Shown: in pieces, positions 54,981 to 64,000 of the stretch
Layout: the number at the start of each line of letters is the position of its first letter
Position numbering within the stretch: the stretch's first letter is position 1
Notes under the pieces: model-generated
Seen by the model: only the letters and a program-made list of their open reading frames with translations
The model's database searches: none
What the model was told of the DNA's origin: nothing
Made by a program: the position numbers and the translations under genes
DNA from: an uncultured Rhodobacteraceae bacterium
GTDB lineage: Bacteria; Pseudomonadota; Alphaproteobacteria; Rhodobacterales; Rhodobacteraceae
Length of the DNA: 64,000 nucleotides
Direction: 5' to 3'
NCBI GenBank assembly: GCA_937920555.1
Contig: CAKZTM010000010.1
Span: forward strand, 1,790-65,789

Positions 54981-55178
54981 GTTAAACACCCCTTCAAATC
55001 ATTTTACGCAACACTACCCGAGGAGCTTTAGCATAGTTTCCCCAGAAAGTTTTAGTAAGATTTTAAACCGAGAACTCTCTGCATCGCTCAAGTGTGAAAT
55101 TCGCAACAAATACATTAAGCTATTAACCGGCTCTACCTTGCGCATTCCTTAAATTCTTAACCGAAAGTCATCGCAAAT

Positions 55179-56411
55179 TTAGGTTATCTCAAATCTACGT
55201 TGCGGCGCAATACGAATCATTTCCTTTTGGGTGCGGTGCAAAAATCCGCGTGCCGTCAAAAGTTGTTCCGATCGTGCCCCTCGGCCAAAAATACCGCCCT
55301 TGTGCAACCAGTACCCTTCTTCGGTAAATCTCACTGTTAGCATCCGAGCCGTAACGGAAAAATCAAACACCGTAACGGGGAAGTTTTGCTCAACCATCTC
55401 AAAAACGCGACCGTAATCTGCCTTTCGGCGTCCCAGTCTGGTGGTGATCAGCACCGGCTCTTTGGGCTCGGACGCATCAAGGTAGGCGCTGTGCTTGCGC
55501 GCAGCGGTGCCAATCGGTTTATGAATTGGTGTTCGGCCAGCCCCAGTCACAAATCCTTCTTCCAGACTATCAATCAGCGCACTCACCGAACCGGGCGCCA
55601 AAAGACCAAGCTCCATCGCCCGGATCAATCGGTTGCGCTGACCGCGTCTGAACCCGTCCAGCTCTTCAGGAACCTCAGACGGATCACCAAAGCGTTTGCA
55701 AAAGTAAGCCTTGGATGCGCCGATCTCTAGCAGAGATTTCGGAACTCTTTGGGAGTTGCGATAGAAGCTGGCGGCATATCCGTGGTGAACTTCGGCGTCG
55801 GTCACAATCGCGGACTTCCATCCTTTTTGAGAAAGCCGCCAATTCACGTCCGTCTCATCGAGATAGAAGACATAACAGGGGTCAAACCCACCAATGTCGC
55901 GCAAGCTCTGAGCGCGAAACGCACAATTTGTACCGACAGTTTTCAGAACCCGGTCGGCACGCGACGGTTGCGCAATAATCCGATCGCCCATATCCAGCGG
56001 CCAATCATTGCCAAAACAATCCACTTCCTGCGGACCCCATTGGTAGGAGACACCATTTCGGCCCCTGACCAGACCGCCCACCGCAGCAATCTCTGGGTCA
56101 TCAAACGGCGCAATCAGACGTTCGAGCCATTTGGGCTCGGGCACAGCGTCATCATCCAAAAAGGCCACGATCTGACCGGCGGCATTGCACAGGCCTAGAT
56201 TTCTGACCGCAGAGATATTGCGGTTCTGACAATCGACCACATGAGCCCGCTTGGCCGCATCAAATCTGGCGACGGCATCAGGCTGGTTGCTGACCACGAT
56301 CAACTCGAAGTCGCGAAATGTTTGGAATTGCAGAGCCCTCAGGGCGCGACCCAGTTCCGTGATCCTGTCCCGGTTTGGAATTACGACACTAACGGTGGGG
56401 GACCGTGTCAA
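55179..56411 (-). CDS. Glycosyltransferase family 2 protein (410 aa)
   Basis: VSVVIPNRDR...ELIVVSN...FLDDDAVP (GT-A DxD). The TTG start overlaps the kdsB stop. Confidence 0.75.
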   Translation of the reverse strand: MTRSPTVSVVIPNRDRITELGRALRALQFQTFRDFELIVVSNQPDAVARFDAAKRAHVVDCQNRNISAVRNLGLCNAAGQIVAFLDDDAVPEPKWLERLIAPFDDPEIAAVGGLVRGRNGVSYQWGPQEVDCFGNDWPLDMGDRIIAQPSRADRVLKTVGTNCAFRAQSLRDIGGFDPCYVFYLDETDVNWRLSQKGWKSAIVTDAEVHHGYAASFYRNSQRVPKSLLEIGASKAYFCKRFGDPSEVPEELDGFRRGQRNRLIRAMELGLLAPGSVSALIDSLEEGFVTGAGRTPIHKPIGTAARKHSAYLDASEPKEPVLITTRLGRRKADYGRVFEMVEQNFPVTVFDFSVTARMLTVRFTEEGYWLHKGGIFGRGARSEQLLTARGFLHRTQKEMIRIAPQRRFEIT

Positions 56412-57202
56412 TCGATACCCTGCTCTTTCATGATGGTTTCTATTCGTGCCACATCAACCGGGTTGTTCAGCTCCCAAAAGTCGCGGCCTTTTGCATCAAC
56501 TTCGACGCATTGCACTGGGATGCCGCGCTCCATGAAGCGGAGTTGCTCCAGCCCTTCCCAAGTCTCCAACTTGCCCTCACCCCAACCGGCATATTGCGCC
56601 AATGCGGCAGGCCGGTATGCGTAGACCCCGACATGGTGGAACACCGGGCAGGTTTCAGTGTTGTCAAATGTGCGGCCCGTATACGGGATCACTTCTTTGG
56701 AGAAATACATGGCGCGGCCCGACAGATCAAAAACCGCCGTTGTGCCGCCAACACGACCGTTCGCGCGGTCTTCCATGAACCCTGCATGGGCTTTGGCGTC
56801 GCACCGCAAAACGGGTGTGGCCACTTGGACGTCCGGGGTCATCGCGCCAATTAGCGCGTCCACGAACCACGGCGGGGTCAAGGGTGCGTCCCCTTGCAGG
56901 TTCACGACAACATCCGCGTCCGAGCCCAGAACTTGGTAGGCCTCCGCGCAGCGCTCGGTTCCATTGCGGCACTCACTTGAGGTCATCACAACCTCTGCGC
57001 CGAACGCCTCGCACGCGGATCTGATTTGATCGTCATCGGTGGCCACGACCACATGATGCCCGCCTGGCACCGAACAGGCCGCGTCCCAAGATCGCCGGAT
57101 CAGCGATTTCGCGACACCGGACGCGCCGGTCAATTCAACCAGCGGTTTGCCGGGGTAACGGGTGGAGGCGAAGCGCGCCGGGATGACGATCAGTGTCTTC
57201 AT
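56408..57202 (-). CDS. kdsB: 3-deoxy-manno-octulosonate cytidylyltransferase (CMP-Kdo synthetase)
   Basis: MKTLIVIPARFASTRYPGKPL, VVNLQGDAP, LEQLRFME. The ATG overlaps the cysQ stop (ATGA). Confidence 0.9.
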   Translation of the reverse strand: MKTLIVIPARFASTRYPGKPLVELTGASGVAKSLIRRSWDAACSVPGGHHVVVATDDDQIRSACEAFGAEVVMTSSECRNGTERCAEAYQVLGSDADVVVNLQGDAPLTPPWFVDALIGAMTPDVQVATPVLRCDAKAHAGFMEDRANGRVGGTTAVFDLSGRAMYFSKEVIPYTGRTFDNTETCPVFHHVGVYAYRPAALAQYAGWGEGKLETWEGLEQLRFMERGIPVQCVEVDAKGRDFWELNNPVDVARIETIMKEQGID

Positions 57203-57993
57203 GCGGGTTTGAGATCAACGCCGGGTGCATATGCGATAAAGAACGGGTTGGCGTAGTCAGTCTTGCCGTAGGTCAAAGGCGTGTGGTCGTCGAACCGCAC
57301 CACAGACCCGCCGGCGCCGTTGAGCACCGCGTGTCCGGCGGCTGTGTCCCATTCCATCGTTCGGCCAACACGCGGGTAGAGGTCTGCTTCTCCGGTGGCG
57401 ACCAGACAAAACTTCAGGGACGAGCCTGCGGATTGAAACGCGCCAACAGGGTATTTCGCGATATAGTCATCGGTGGCTTGATCACGGTGAGATTTGGAGG
57501 CCACAACGGTCAACTCCGCCCCGGGCGCTGCCACGTTCATCGGCGTGGTTGGCCCGACAGTGCCCACATCAAACGCGCCTGTTTCTTCGACCGACTGGCC
57601 GGAGGCATCTGTCCAGAACATCCGCTCGCGGGCGGGTGCATAGACGACACCGCGCGTTGGCACGCCATTTTCCACCAATGCGATATTGACTGTAAAATCA
57701 CCGCGACGATTGATGAACTCCTTGGTGCCATCCAAAGGATCAACGATGATAAACGTGTCCGCATCCACCGCATGAGAGGCAGATTGCTCTTCCGTCACCA
57801 AGGCAATATCCGGGAAGGTGGCGCGAATGCCCGCAGAGATGACTTTATCAGCCCGCTCATCGGCTTCCGTCACCGGGGAGGCGTCATCTTTTGACCGAAC
57901 CCCGAAATCATCTTGGCCGTAAACCTCCATAATCTCGTGGGCCGCTTGAATGGCCAGATTACGAAATGTCGTGCTGATTAAGTCATAGTTCAT
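57199..57993 (-). CDS. cysQ: 3'(2'),5'-bisphosphate nucleotidase (PAP phosphatase)
   Basis: SPVTEADERAD, VDPLDGTKEF, WDTAAGHAVL: inositol-monophosphatase fold with CysQ-type motifs. The ATG at 57993 is preferred; the ORF extends to 58038. Confidence 0.8.
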   Translation of the reverse strand: MNYDLISTTFRNLAIQAAHEIMEVYGQDDFGVRSKDDASPVTEADERADKVISAGIRATFPDIALVTEEQSASHAVDADTFIIVDPLDGTKEFINRRGDFTVNIALVENGVPTRGVVYAPARERMFWTDASGQSVEETGAFDVGTVGPTTPMNVAAPGAELTVVASKSHRDQATDDYIAKYPVGAFQSAGSSLKFCLVATGEADLYPRVGRTMEWDTAAGHAVLNGAGGSVVRFDDHTPLTYGKTDYANPFFIAYAPGVDLKPA

Positions 57994-58124
57994 TCTATTC
58001 ACCGAAAATATCTTACATTTTGCCATAAATCGGGGCACAAGTTGTGCGATGTGCTTTGCGGCGAGAGGCGTTCATTGTCAATTTTTATTTGGCAAACCGG
58101 TAAAAGGTATTCGGAACCTGATGC

Positions 58125-58949
58125 ATGATTGAGTCGAGACGCAACAAGAACTTGATACAGGCATTTCTGTCGCTGACGGCGCTTGTCTATCATTCCACGG
58201 TGCGCGATGTTCGTAAATCTTCGGGCAATAACGCCATACTTGGTCTTTTGAACGAGATCGGCACCTCGCTGCTGATGGTTGGCATGTTTTGGATCATGTA
58301 CACGTTTCTGGGGATCAAGGGACTGGCCATACGCGGCGATTTCATGATCTTCCTGATGACCGGGATTTTCCTGTTTTTGACCCATAACAAGGCAATCGGG
58401 TCGGTTATGGGCGCGGCCAATGTGAGCAACCCGATTTTGCGGCACAGCCCGATGACAACCATTGTCACGATCCTGTCTGCATCGTTTGCCGCGCTATATT
58501 TGCAGGTTTTAGCCTTCGTGGTCATTTTGACCATCCTTCATGTGGCACGCGGCAATCTCGACATTTATTATCCGGCGGGGCTTTTGCTGCCGTTTTTCCT
58601 GTCATGGGCAAGCGGGTGTACGATCGGGTTGTTGTTTATGAACCTCAAGCCGTTCGCGCCGAAGCTGGTCGGTCTGGTGGTCACCATCTACAAGCGGGCC
58701 AATATGATCACATCGGGCAAGATGATCCCCGCCAACATGATGTCCGCAAAGATGGTGGCGTTTTTTGATTGGAACCCGATTTTTCACACTATTGATCAGG
58801 CACGGGGTGCCGCTTTTGTGAATTATCTGCCGCGCAATTCCAACATTGATTACACCATATGGTTCGTCATTATCACCTTGGTCATTGGACTGATGGGGGA
58901 ACGTTGGATGAGTAATAACATGTCGGCATCCTGGGGGAAGGGTAGATGA
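58125..58949 (+). CDS. ABC-2 type polysaccharide export permease (KpsM-like)
   Basis: 274 aa with six TM segments. The N-terminal ...ALVYHSTVRDVRKS... is typical of the KpsM/ABC-2 family. Confidence 0.65.
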   Translation: MIESRRNKNLIQAFLSLTALVYHSTVRDVRKSSGNNAILGLLNEIGTSLLMVGMFWIMYTFLGIKGLAIRGDFMIFLMTGIFLFLTHNKAIGSVMGAANVSNPILRHSPMTTIVTILSASFAALYLQVLAFVVILTILHVARGNLDIYYPAGLLLPFFLSWASGCTIGLLFMNLKPFAPKLVGLVVTIYKRANMITSGKMIPANMMSAKMVAFFDWNPIFHTIDQARGAAFVNYLPRNSNIDYTIWFVIITLVIGLMGERWMSNNMSASWGKGR

Positions 58950-59344
58950 GTGCTGGTCCCACCGGCGAGTTGGTGTTGCAGACCATCGCAATGCCCGCAG
59001 ATACCAATGCCAATGGCGACATCTTCGGCGGTTGGCTCATGAGCCAGATGGATTTGGGATCCTCGGTTGTGTCGCGGCAACGGGCACGGGGCCGGGTGGC
59101 CACTGTCGCGGTGGAGGCGATGACGTTTTATAAGCCCGTTTGGGTAGGTGATGTTGTGTCGATCCACGCGGAGATGGCGCGTGAGGGGACGACCTCCATG
59201 ACTGTTCACACGGAAGTTTGGGTGACCCGCCAACCCAGTGGCGAGCGCTCCAAGATGACCGAAGCCGAGTTTGTGTTTGTGGCGGTCGACGAGAACGGCA
59301 ACAAGCGCAAACTGCCCGCGTCAGTCGACCACCCGCAAGGTTAG
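58946..59344 (+). CDS. Acyl-CoA thioesterase (hotdog fold, YciA-like)
   Basis: ...MPADTNANGDIFGGWLMSQMD... and ...MTFYKPVWVGDVV.... The ATG overlaps the permease stop (ATGA). Confidence 0.75.
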   Translation: MSAGPTGELVLQTIAMPADTNANGDIFGGWLMSQMDLGSSVVSRQRARGRVATVAVEAMTFYKPVWVGDVVSIHAEMAREGTTSMTVHTEVWVTRQPSGERSKMTEAEFVFVAVDENGNKRKLPASVDHPQG

Positions 59345-59923
59345 ATTGAGACGCCCACCGCCGTTGAGCAAGGTTGATGATCCGAACTTGATCCGGTCAA
59401 TTCCGTGATAGGCCAAACGCGCGTTACCGCCCAGAATGGCCACGTCGCCACTTTCGAGGTTAACGCTTTGCGTCGGGTTTTTGCGCGATGTGCCACCCAC
59501 CCGAAAAACACCGGTATCACCCAGCGAAATGGACAGCACCGGCCAGCTAAAGTCCTGCTCGTCCTTATCTTGGTGCAGGCCCATTTTGGCGGCTTTCTTA
59601 TAGTAATTGATCAAGCAGCAATCGGGCAGACGCAGGTTAGTCACCACGCTTGACCACACCTCAATAACGGAGGCCGGAATGTCCGGCCACGGGCTGCCAT
59701 TGGGATGTTTGGCTTCATAACGATAGCCGGTTTTGTCAGTGTACCAGCCGTATTTCCCGGCCGAGGACATGCCCACGCTCATGGGTTTGCCCCAAGGTGT
59801 CAAAGGTGAGAAAAGCGGCGCTGTCTCAACGACCCGACGGATATCTGCGACAATCATTTGTTGCGCCTTCAGGTCCAAAAAGCCTTTGAGCACCCGGCAT
59901 CCGTTTACGTCCATTTCAACCAT
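59321..59923 (-). CDS. alkB: Alpha-ketoglutarate-dependent dioxygenase AlkB
   Basis: CLINYY....MGLHQDKDE (HxD), ...LAYHGIDRI (second His), RLNLTLR (2OG-binding Arg). Confidence 0.85.
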   Translation of the reverse strand: MVEMDVNGCRVLKGFLDLKAQQMIVADIRRVVETAPLFSPLTPWGKPMSVGMSSAGKYGWYTDKTGYRYEAKHPNGSPWPDIPASVIEVWSSVVTNLRLPDCCLINYYKKAAKMGLHQDKDEQDFSWPVLSISLGDTGVFRVGGTSRKNPTQSVNLESGDVAILGGNARLAYHGIDRIKFGSSTLLNGGGRLNLTLRVVD

Positions 59924-59957
59924 GCGCAGACATTGGCCAGCAACGGTGCGAATGGCA

Positions 59958-59989
59958 ACAAAAAACCCGGCAAGCGCAAGGCCTGCCGG
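59958..59989 (-). terminator. Rho-independent terminator after amtB
   Basis: Minus sense: CCCGGCA-ggccttgcgct-TGCCGGG followed by TTTTTTG. Confidence 0.7.
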
Positions 59990-60030
59990 GTGAAGGTGTT
60001 AAGGCTCACGGCCTCACGGGGAAAACTCTT

Positions 60031-61410
60031 TTAGGAGGTCGCCTTCATGAAGTCGGGGTAGGCTTCCATACCCAGTTCCGATTGATCAAGGCCGCTGATC
60101 TCGTCCTCTTCGGAGACCCGGATACCAACCGTGGCTTTCAAGATGAGCCAAACGATTGTCGATACAACGAAGACGAATACACCCACGATGATAATCGGCA
60201 CGACCTGGCCCGAGACTGTTGCGTCACCGTTGGACAGAAGGACCGCCAACGTGCCCCAGATACCGGCAAACAGGTGAACAGGGATCGCGCCTACAACGTC
60301 GTCGATCTTCATTCTGTCGAGCATGGGCACCGCAAAGACAACGATAACGCCGCCGATTGCACCGATGATGGTCGCCAGACCGATCCCCGGTGTCAGAGGC
60401 TCGGCGGTGATCGACACCAGACCTGCCAAGGCACCGTTGAGGACCATGGTAAGATCAACCTTTTTGTAGAGCAGTTGGGTCAGGATCATGGCTGCGATGG
60501 ACCCACCGGCAGCGGCCGCATTGGTGTTGGCGAAGATCCGGGAGATATCTGCAACATCGCCCACGGAACCCAGCGCAAGCTGTGAGCCGCCGTTAAATCC
60601 GAACCAACCCATCCACAGGATGAACGTGCCCAAAGTGGCCAGTGTCATGTTCGAGCCCAAGATTGGCCGAACTGATCCGTCTTTGGCGTATTTGCCGATG
60701 CGTGGTCCAAGGATGATGGCGCCCGCAAGAGCCGCCCAGCCACCGACCGAGTGCACAACTGTGGAGCCTGCAAAGTCAAGGAAACCCCACTGGCTGTCGA
60801 GGAACCCGCCGCCCCATTTCCAGGATGCCTGGATTGGGTAGATGATACCGGTCAGGATGATTGTGAAGATCAGGAACGGCCAAAGCTTGATACGCTCGGC
60901 GAGTGCGCCTGATACGATGGATGCAGTGGCGGCACAGAACATCAGCTGGAAGAAGAAATCCGAGCCGGTTGTGGCGTAGCTTAGATCGTCGGCTTGGTCG
61001 GCGGTGATGCCCACGGCCTCCATCACGGCGACACCGAAGGCGCCAAGGTAGCCGCCGGTTTCATCAGAGCCGATGGACCAATTGCCAAGTGGGTACATGA
61101 TATTGTAGCCGATCAGGTAGTACATGATCGCGGCGAACCCAAAGAGCCCCATGTTTTTGGTCAGCTGGGTGGTCACGTTTTTGGAGCGGACGAGGCCAGC
61201 CTCCAACATGGAGAAGCCGGCGGCCATCCAGAACACCAAAAAGCCCATGACCAGGAACATGAACGAATTTAGGATGAAGTTCAGGTCAGCGTTGACTGTG
61301 ACCGCCTCCGCGTCCTGACCAAATGCCGGAACGGCTGCCAACGCGGCGCACCCAGCAAGAATATATTTTGCGTTTTTCATTTTTCCCTCGGATCTTAGTA
61401 CGTAGCTCAT
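60031..61410 (-). CDS. amtB: Ammonium transporter
   Basis: Signal peptide. Motifs FAGSTVVHSVGGWAALAGAIILGPR and VGAIPVHLFAGIWGTL (twin His). The start overlaps the glnK stop. Confidence 0.95.
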   Translation of the reverse strand: MSYVLRSEGKMKNAKYILAGCAALAAVPAFGQDAEAVTVNADLNFILNSFMFLVMGFLVFWMAAGFSMLEAGLVRSKNVTTQLTKNMGLFGFAAIMYYLIGYNIMYPLGNWSIGSDETGGYLGAFGVAVMEAVGITADQADDLSYATTGSDFFFQLMFCAATASIVSGALAERIKLWPFLIFTIILTGIIYPIQASWKWGGGFLDSQWGFLDFAGSTVVHSVGGWAALAGAIILGPRIGKYAKDGSVRPILGSNMTLATLGTFILWMGWFGFNGGSQLALGSVGDVADISRIFANTNAAAAGGSIAAMILTQLLYKKVDLTMVLNGALAGLVSITAEPLTPGIGLATIIGAIGGVIVVFAVPMLDRMKIDDVVGAIPVHLFAGIWGTLAVLLSNGDATVSGQVVPIIIVGVFVFVVSTIVWLILKATVGIRVSEEDEISGLDQSELGMEAYPDFMKATS

Positions 61411-61745
61411 AACGCTTCCTCGTTTTGCTCACCGGTTCTCACCCGAACGGCGGATTGCAAATCAAGGACGAAGATTTTGCCATCTCCGATTTTTCCGGTG
61501 CGCGCAGCTTCGGTGACCGCCGCGATCGCGGCTTCCTCCATGTCTGCGTTCACGGCAATTTCTATGCGGATTTTTGGGACATACTGAACGGTATATTCGG
61601 CACCCCGATAAACCTCTGTATGTCCGGATTGACGCCCAAAGCCTTTGACCTCGCTGACGGTCATCCCGAGGATACCGACGTCGGTTAACGCCATACGGAC
61701 CTCTTCGAGCTTAAAGGGTTTAATTATTGCAACGATTAATTTCAC
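61407..61745 (-). CDS. glnK: Nitrogen regulatory protein P-II (GlnK)
   Basis: (M)KLIVAIIKPFKLEEV...GFGRQSGHTEVYRGAEY (T-loop Tyr)...TGKIGDGKIFV. The GTG at 61743-61745 has GGAGGA upstream; 112 aa. The ORF-track extension to 61850 is rejected. Confidence 0.95.
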   Translation of the reverse strand: MKLIVAIIKPFKLEEVRMALTDVGILGMTVSEVKGFGRQSGHTEVYRGAEYTVQYVPKIRIEIAVNADMEEAAIAAVTEAARTGKIGDGKIFVLDLQSAVRVRTGEQNEEAL

Positions 61746-62011
61746 ACTTTCCTCCTCATCATCTTTGGATGACGGTTTCCCAAGCCGTAAAAAGGCCCAA
61801 AGGATGCGGGGTGGCCATATTATTGGGTGATTTTTAATCGTGATGATCAAAATTGCCTAAATTTTAGACAATATTTCGAAGTGCTGGTTAGAATATTAGC
61901 AAATCAAAAACGGTGTCGTCCGGTCGTTAAGATCGTTGGTGCCAACCAAGCCGATTCACAACGCGACTCCGTAAAATTGTTGTTTTTAGTGCTTTAAGGG
62001 GGTGTCGTGAG

Positions 62012-62040
62012 GTTGCAGAGGCATTTTTCCACTCCTATAT
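62012..62040 (+). promoter_or_regulatory. Candidate RpoH (sigma-32)-type heat-shock promoter for dnaK
   Basis: gTTG (62012-62015), 18-nt spacer, CCTATAT (62034-62040). This resembles the alphaproteobacterial CTTG-N17/18-CYTATNT consensus and lies about 115 nt upstream of dnaK. Confidence 0.45.
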
Positions 62041-62154
62041 ACCCCCAGAAATCTCGCAATCGCGGGAATGTGAAGTTCAATGATGATGTGGAATGGCGAT
62101 GACGGTGCCGAAATCACGGGCCTTCATCCAGATTGCCGAATGAAAGGACTATTC

Positions 62155-64000
62155 AATGGCTAAAGTAATCGGAATTGATTTGGGGACCACCAACTCCTGT
62201 GTCGCAATCATGGACGGTACTGCTGCTCGCGTGATCGAGAATGCGGAAGGTGCGCGCACGACGCCATCGATTGTCGCATTTACGGATGACGAGCGTTTGG
62301 TTGGACAAGCCGCAAAACGGCAGGCTGTCACCAACCCGGAAAACACATTGTTCGCGATTAAGCGTCTTATTGGTCGCCGGACCGATGATCCGATGGTCAA
62401 AAAAGACAAAGACATGGTGCCATACAACATCGTTGATGGCGGCAATGGCGATGCATGGGTTGAGGTCAATGGTGAGAAATACTCGCCCTCCCAGATCTCT
62501 GCGTTCACGTTGCAAAAGATGAAAGAGACCGCCGAGGCTTATCTTGGCGAAGACGTGACCCAAGCGGTGATCACGGTACCTGCCTATTTCAACGACGCTC
62601 AGCGTCAGGCCACCAAAGATGCCGGTAAAATCGCCGGTCTTGAAGTGCTGCGGATCATCAACGAGCCGACTGCGGCGGCGCTCGCCTACGGTTTGGACAA
62701 AAAGGGCACCAAGACGATTGCGGTTTATGACCTTGGTGGCGGTACATTCGACATTTCGATCCTTGAGATTGACGATGGGCTCTTTGAGGTGAAATCCACT
62801 AATGGCGACACCTTCCTTGGTGGTGAAGATTTCGACATGCGCATCGTCGATTATCTTGCGACCGAATTCAAAAAGGAAAACGGCGTCGATCTGAAGAAAG
62901 ACAAGATGGCGCTTCAGCGGCTTAAAGAAGCAGCTGAGAAGGCCAAGATCGAGCTGTCGTCTTCATCCCAGACAGAGATCAACCAACCGTTTATCTCTAT
63001 GGACCCGAAGACCAGCCAGCCTTTGCACCTTGTGCTCAAGCTGACCCGTGCGAAGCTCGAAAGCCTCGTAAGCGACCTGATCACACGCTCCATGAAGCCG
63101 GTGGCGGCTGCATTGAAAGATGCGGGCCTGTCCAAAGGTGACATCGACGAGATCGTGATGGTCGGCGGTATGACCCGCATGCCCAAAGTAATTGATGAGG
63201 TCTCCAAGTTCTTTGGCAAGGAGCCGAACAAGGGTGTGAACCCGGACGAGGTTGTGGCCATGGGTGCCGCCATTCAGGCCGGTGTTTTGCAGGGCGATGT
63301 GAAGGACGTTGTTCTTCTGGACGTCACGCCATTGTCGCTTGGCATTGAGACACTTGGTGGTGTGTTCACACGCCTGATTGATCGGAACACAACTATTCCG
63401 ACCAAGAAGAGCCAGATTTTCTCCACCGCTGAGGACAATCAGAACGCTGTGACGCTTCGGGTGTTCCAAGGTGAGCGCGAAATGGCCGCAGACAACAAGA
63501 TGCTTGGTCAGTTCAATCTGGAGGAAATTCCACCAGCGCCGCGCGGCATGCCGCAGATCGAGGTAACTTTCGATATTGATGCCAACGGTATCGTATCGGT
63601 TGGTGCTAAAGATAAGGGGACTGGCAAAGAGCAGTCGATCACTATTCAGGCCTCTGGCGGTCTGTCTGATGACGACATTGATGCAATGGTTCGCGAGGCG
63701 GAAGAGAACGCGGAAGCCGATAAAGAGCGTCGCGGTCTTGTGGAAGCCAAGAACCAGGCGGAAAGCCTGATCCACGGCACAGCCAAGTCGCTTGAAGAGC
63801 ATGGTGACAAGGTTGACGAGAAGACCGTCGCGGCCATCGAGGAAGCATCCGAGGCGCTGAAAGAAGCAGCCGAAGGTGATGATCTTGAGGACATCAAGGC
63901 CAAGACACAGACCTTGACCGAAGCGGCTATGAAGCTGGGTGAGGCGATTTACGCCGCCTCTGAGAACACCGAAGGCTCCATGCCGCATGCGGATGATCTT
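62155..64000 (+). CDS. dnaK: Molecular chaperone DnaK (Hsp70), 3' end outside the window
   Basis: [21 protein letters not shown]..., [24 protein letters not shown]. Open to the window end; absent from the ORF track only because it has no stop. Confidence 0.97.

Noticed and set aside
57193-57894. 233-aa ORF antisense to cysQ
   Set aside because: No motifs, and cysQ motifs on the minus strand are clear.
59321-59344. 24-nt overlap of the convergent 3' ends of the thioesterase and alkB genes
   Set aside because: Short convergent overlaps are common in compact genomes, and nothing further is supported.
61746-61850. N-terminal extension of the glnK ORF
   Set aside because: P-II proteins are 112 aa and start MKLIVAIIKPFKL. 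The GTG at 61745 with GGAGGA fits exactly.
62963-63988. 341-aa ORF antisense to dnaK
   Set aside because: Long stop-free antisense frames opposite dnaK are a known compositional artefact. There are no motifs, and dnaK on the + strand is unambiguous.

Overview
This is a densely coding, high-GC chromosomal window that looks alphaproteobacterial (Rhodobacteraceae-like). That judgement rests on the petABC protein sequences, the kpsF-lptCAB-rpoN-hpf-ptsN synteny and the glnK-amtB arrangement. All product names come from motif and sequence recognition by eye; no database search was possible. I support about 60 genes.

Gene content, left to right:
- dxs 3' end.
- A translationally coupled pair on the minus strand: a 2569-aa secreted repeat protein followed by an 1128-aa outer-membrane beta-barrel protein.
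- A small 8-strand-type OMP and trmL.
- petABC (cytochrome bc1), then OsmC-like and VOC genes.
- thiBPQ preceded by a clear TPP riboswitch.
- A siderophore-interacting reductase with a DUF1294 gene, then aroC.
- A lower-GC chemotaxis operon: STAS-cheY-cheA-cheW-cheR-cheD-cheY.
- A peptide ABC importer.
- Housekeeping genes: MBL hydrolase, UbiH-family hydroxylase, amidase, phosphoesterase, LysE and an NDUFA9-like protein.
- tRNA-Leu(CAG), then rnd-kpsF-lptC-lptA-lptB-rpoN-hpf-ptsN.
- A surface-glycan locus: sulfotransferase, GT14-like, GT2 and GT4-like genes, galE, galU, a second GT2, kdsB, cysQ and a KpsM-like permease.
- A thioesterase, alkB, glnK-amtB and the dnaK 5' part.

I saw no transposase, integrase, CRISPR array, rRNA or recognisable defence genes.

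The best candidate for something undescribed is the giant adhesin plus large-OMP module (373-11465). I could recognise no known secretion-pathway signature in it. Secondary candidates are the cheB-less, receptor-less che island and the predicted sulfated Kdo-linked glycan locus.
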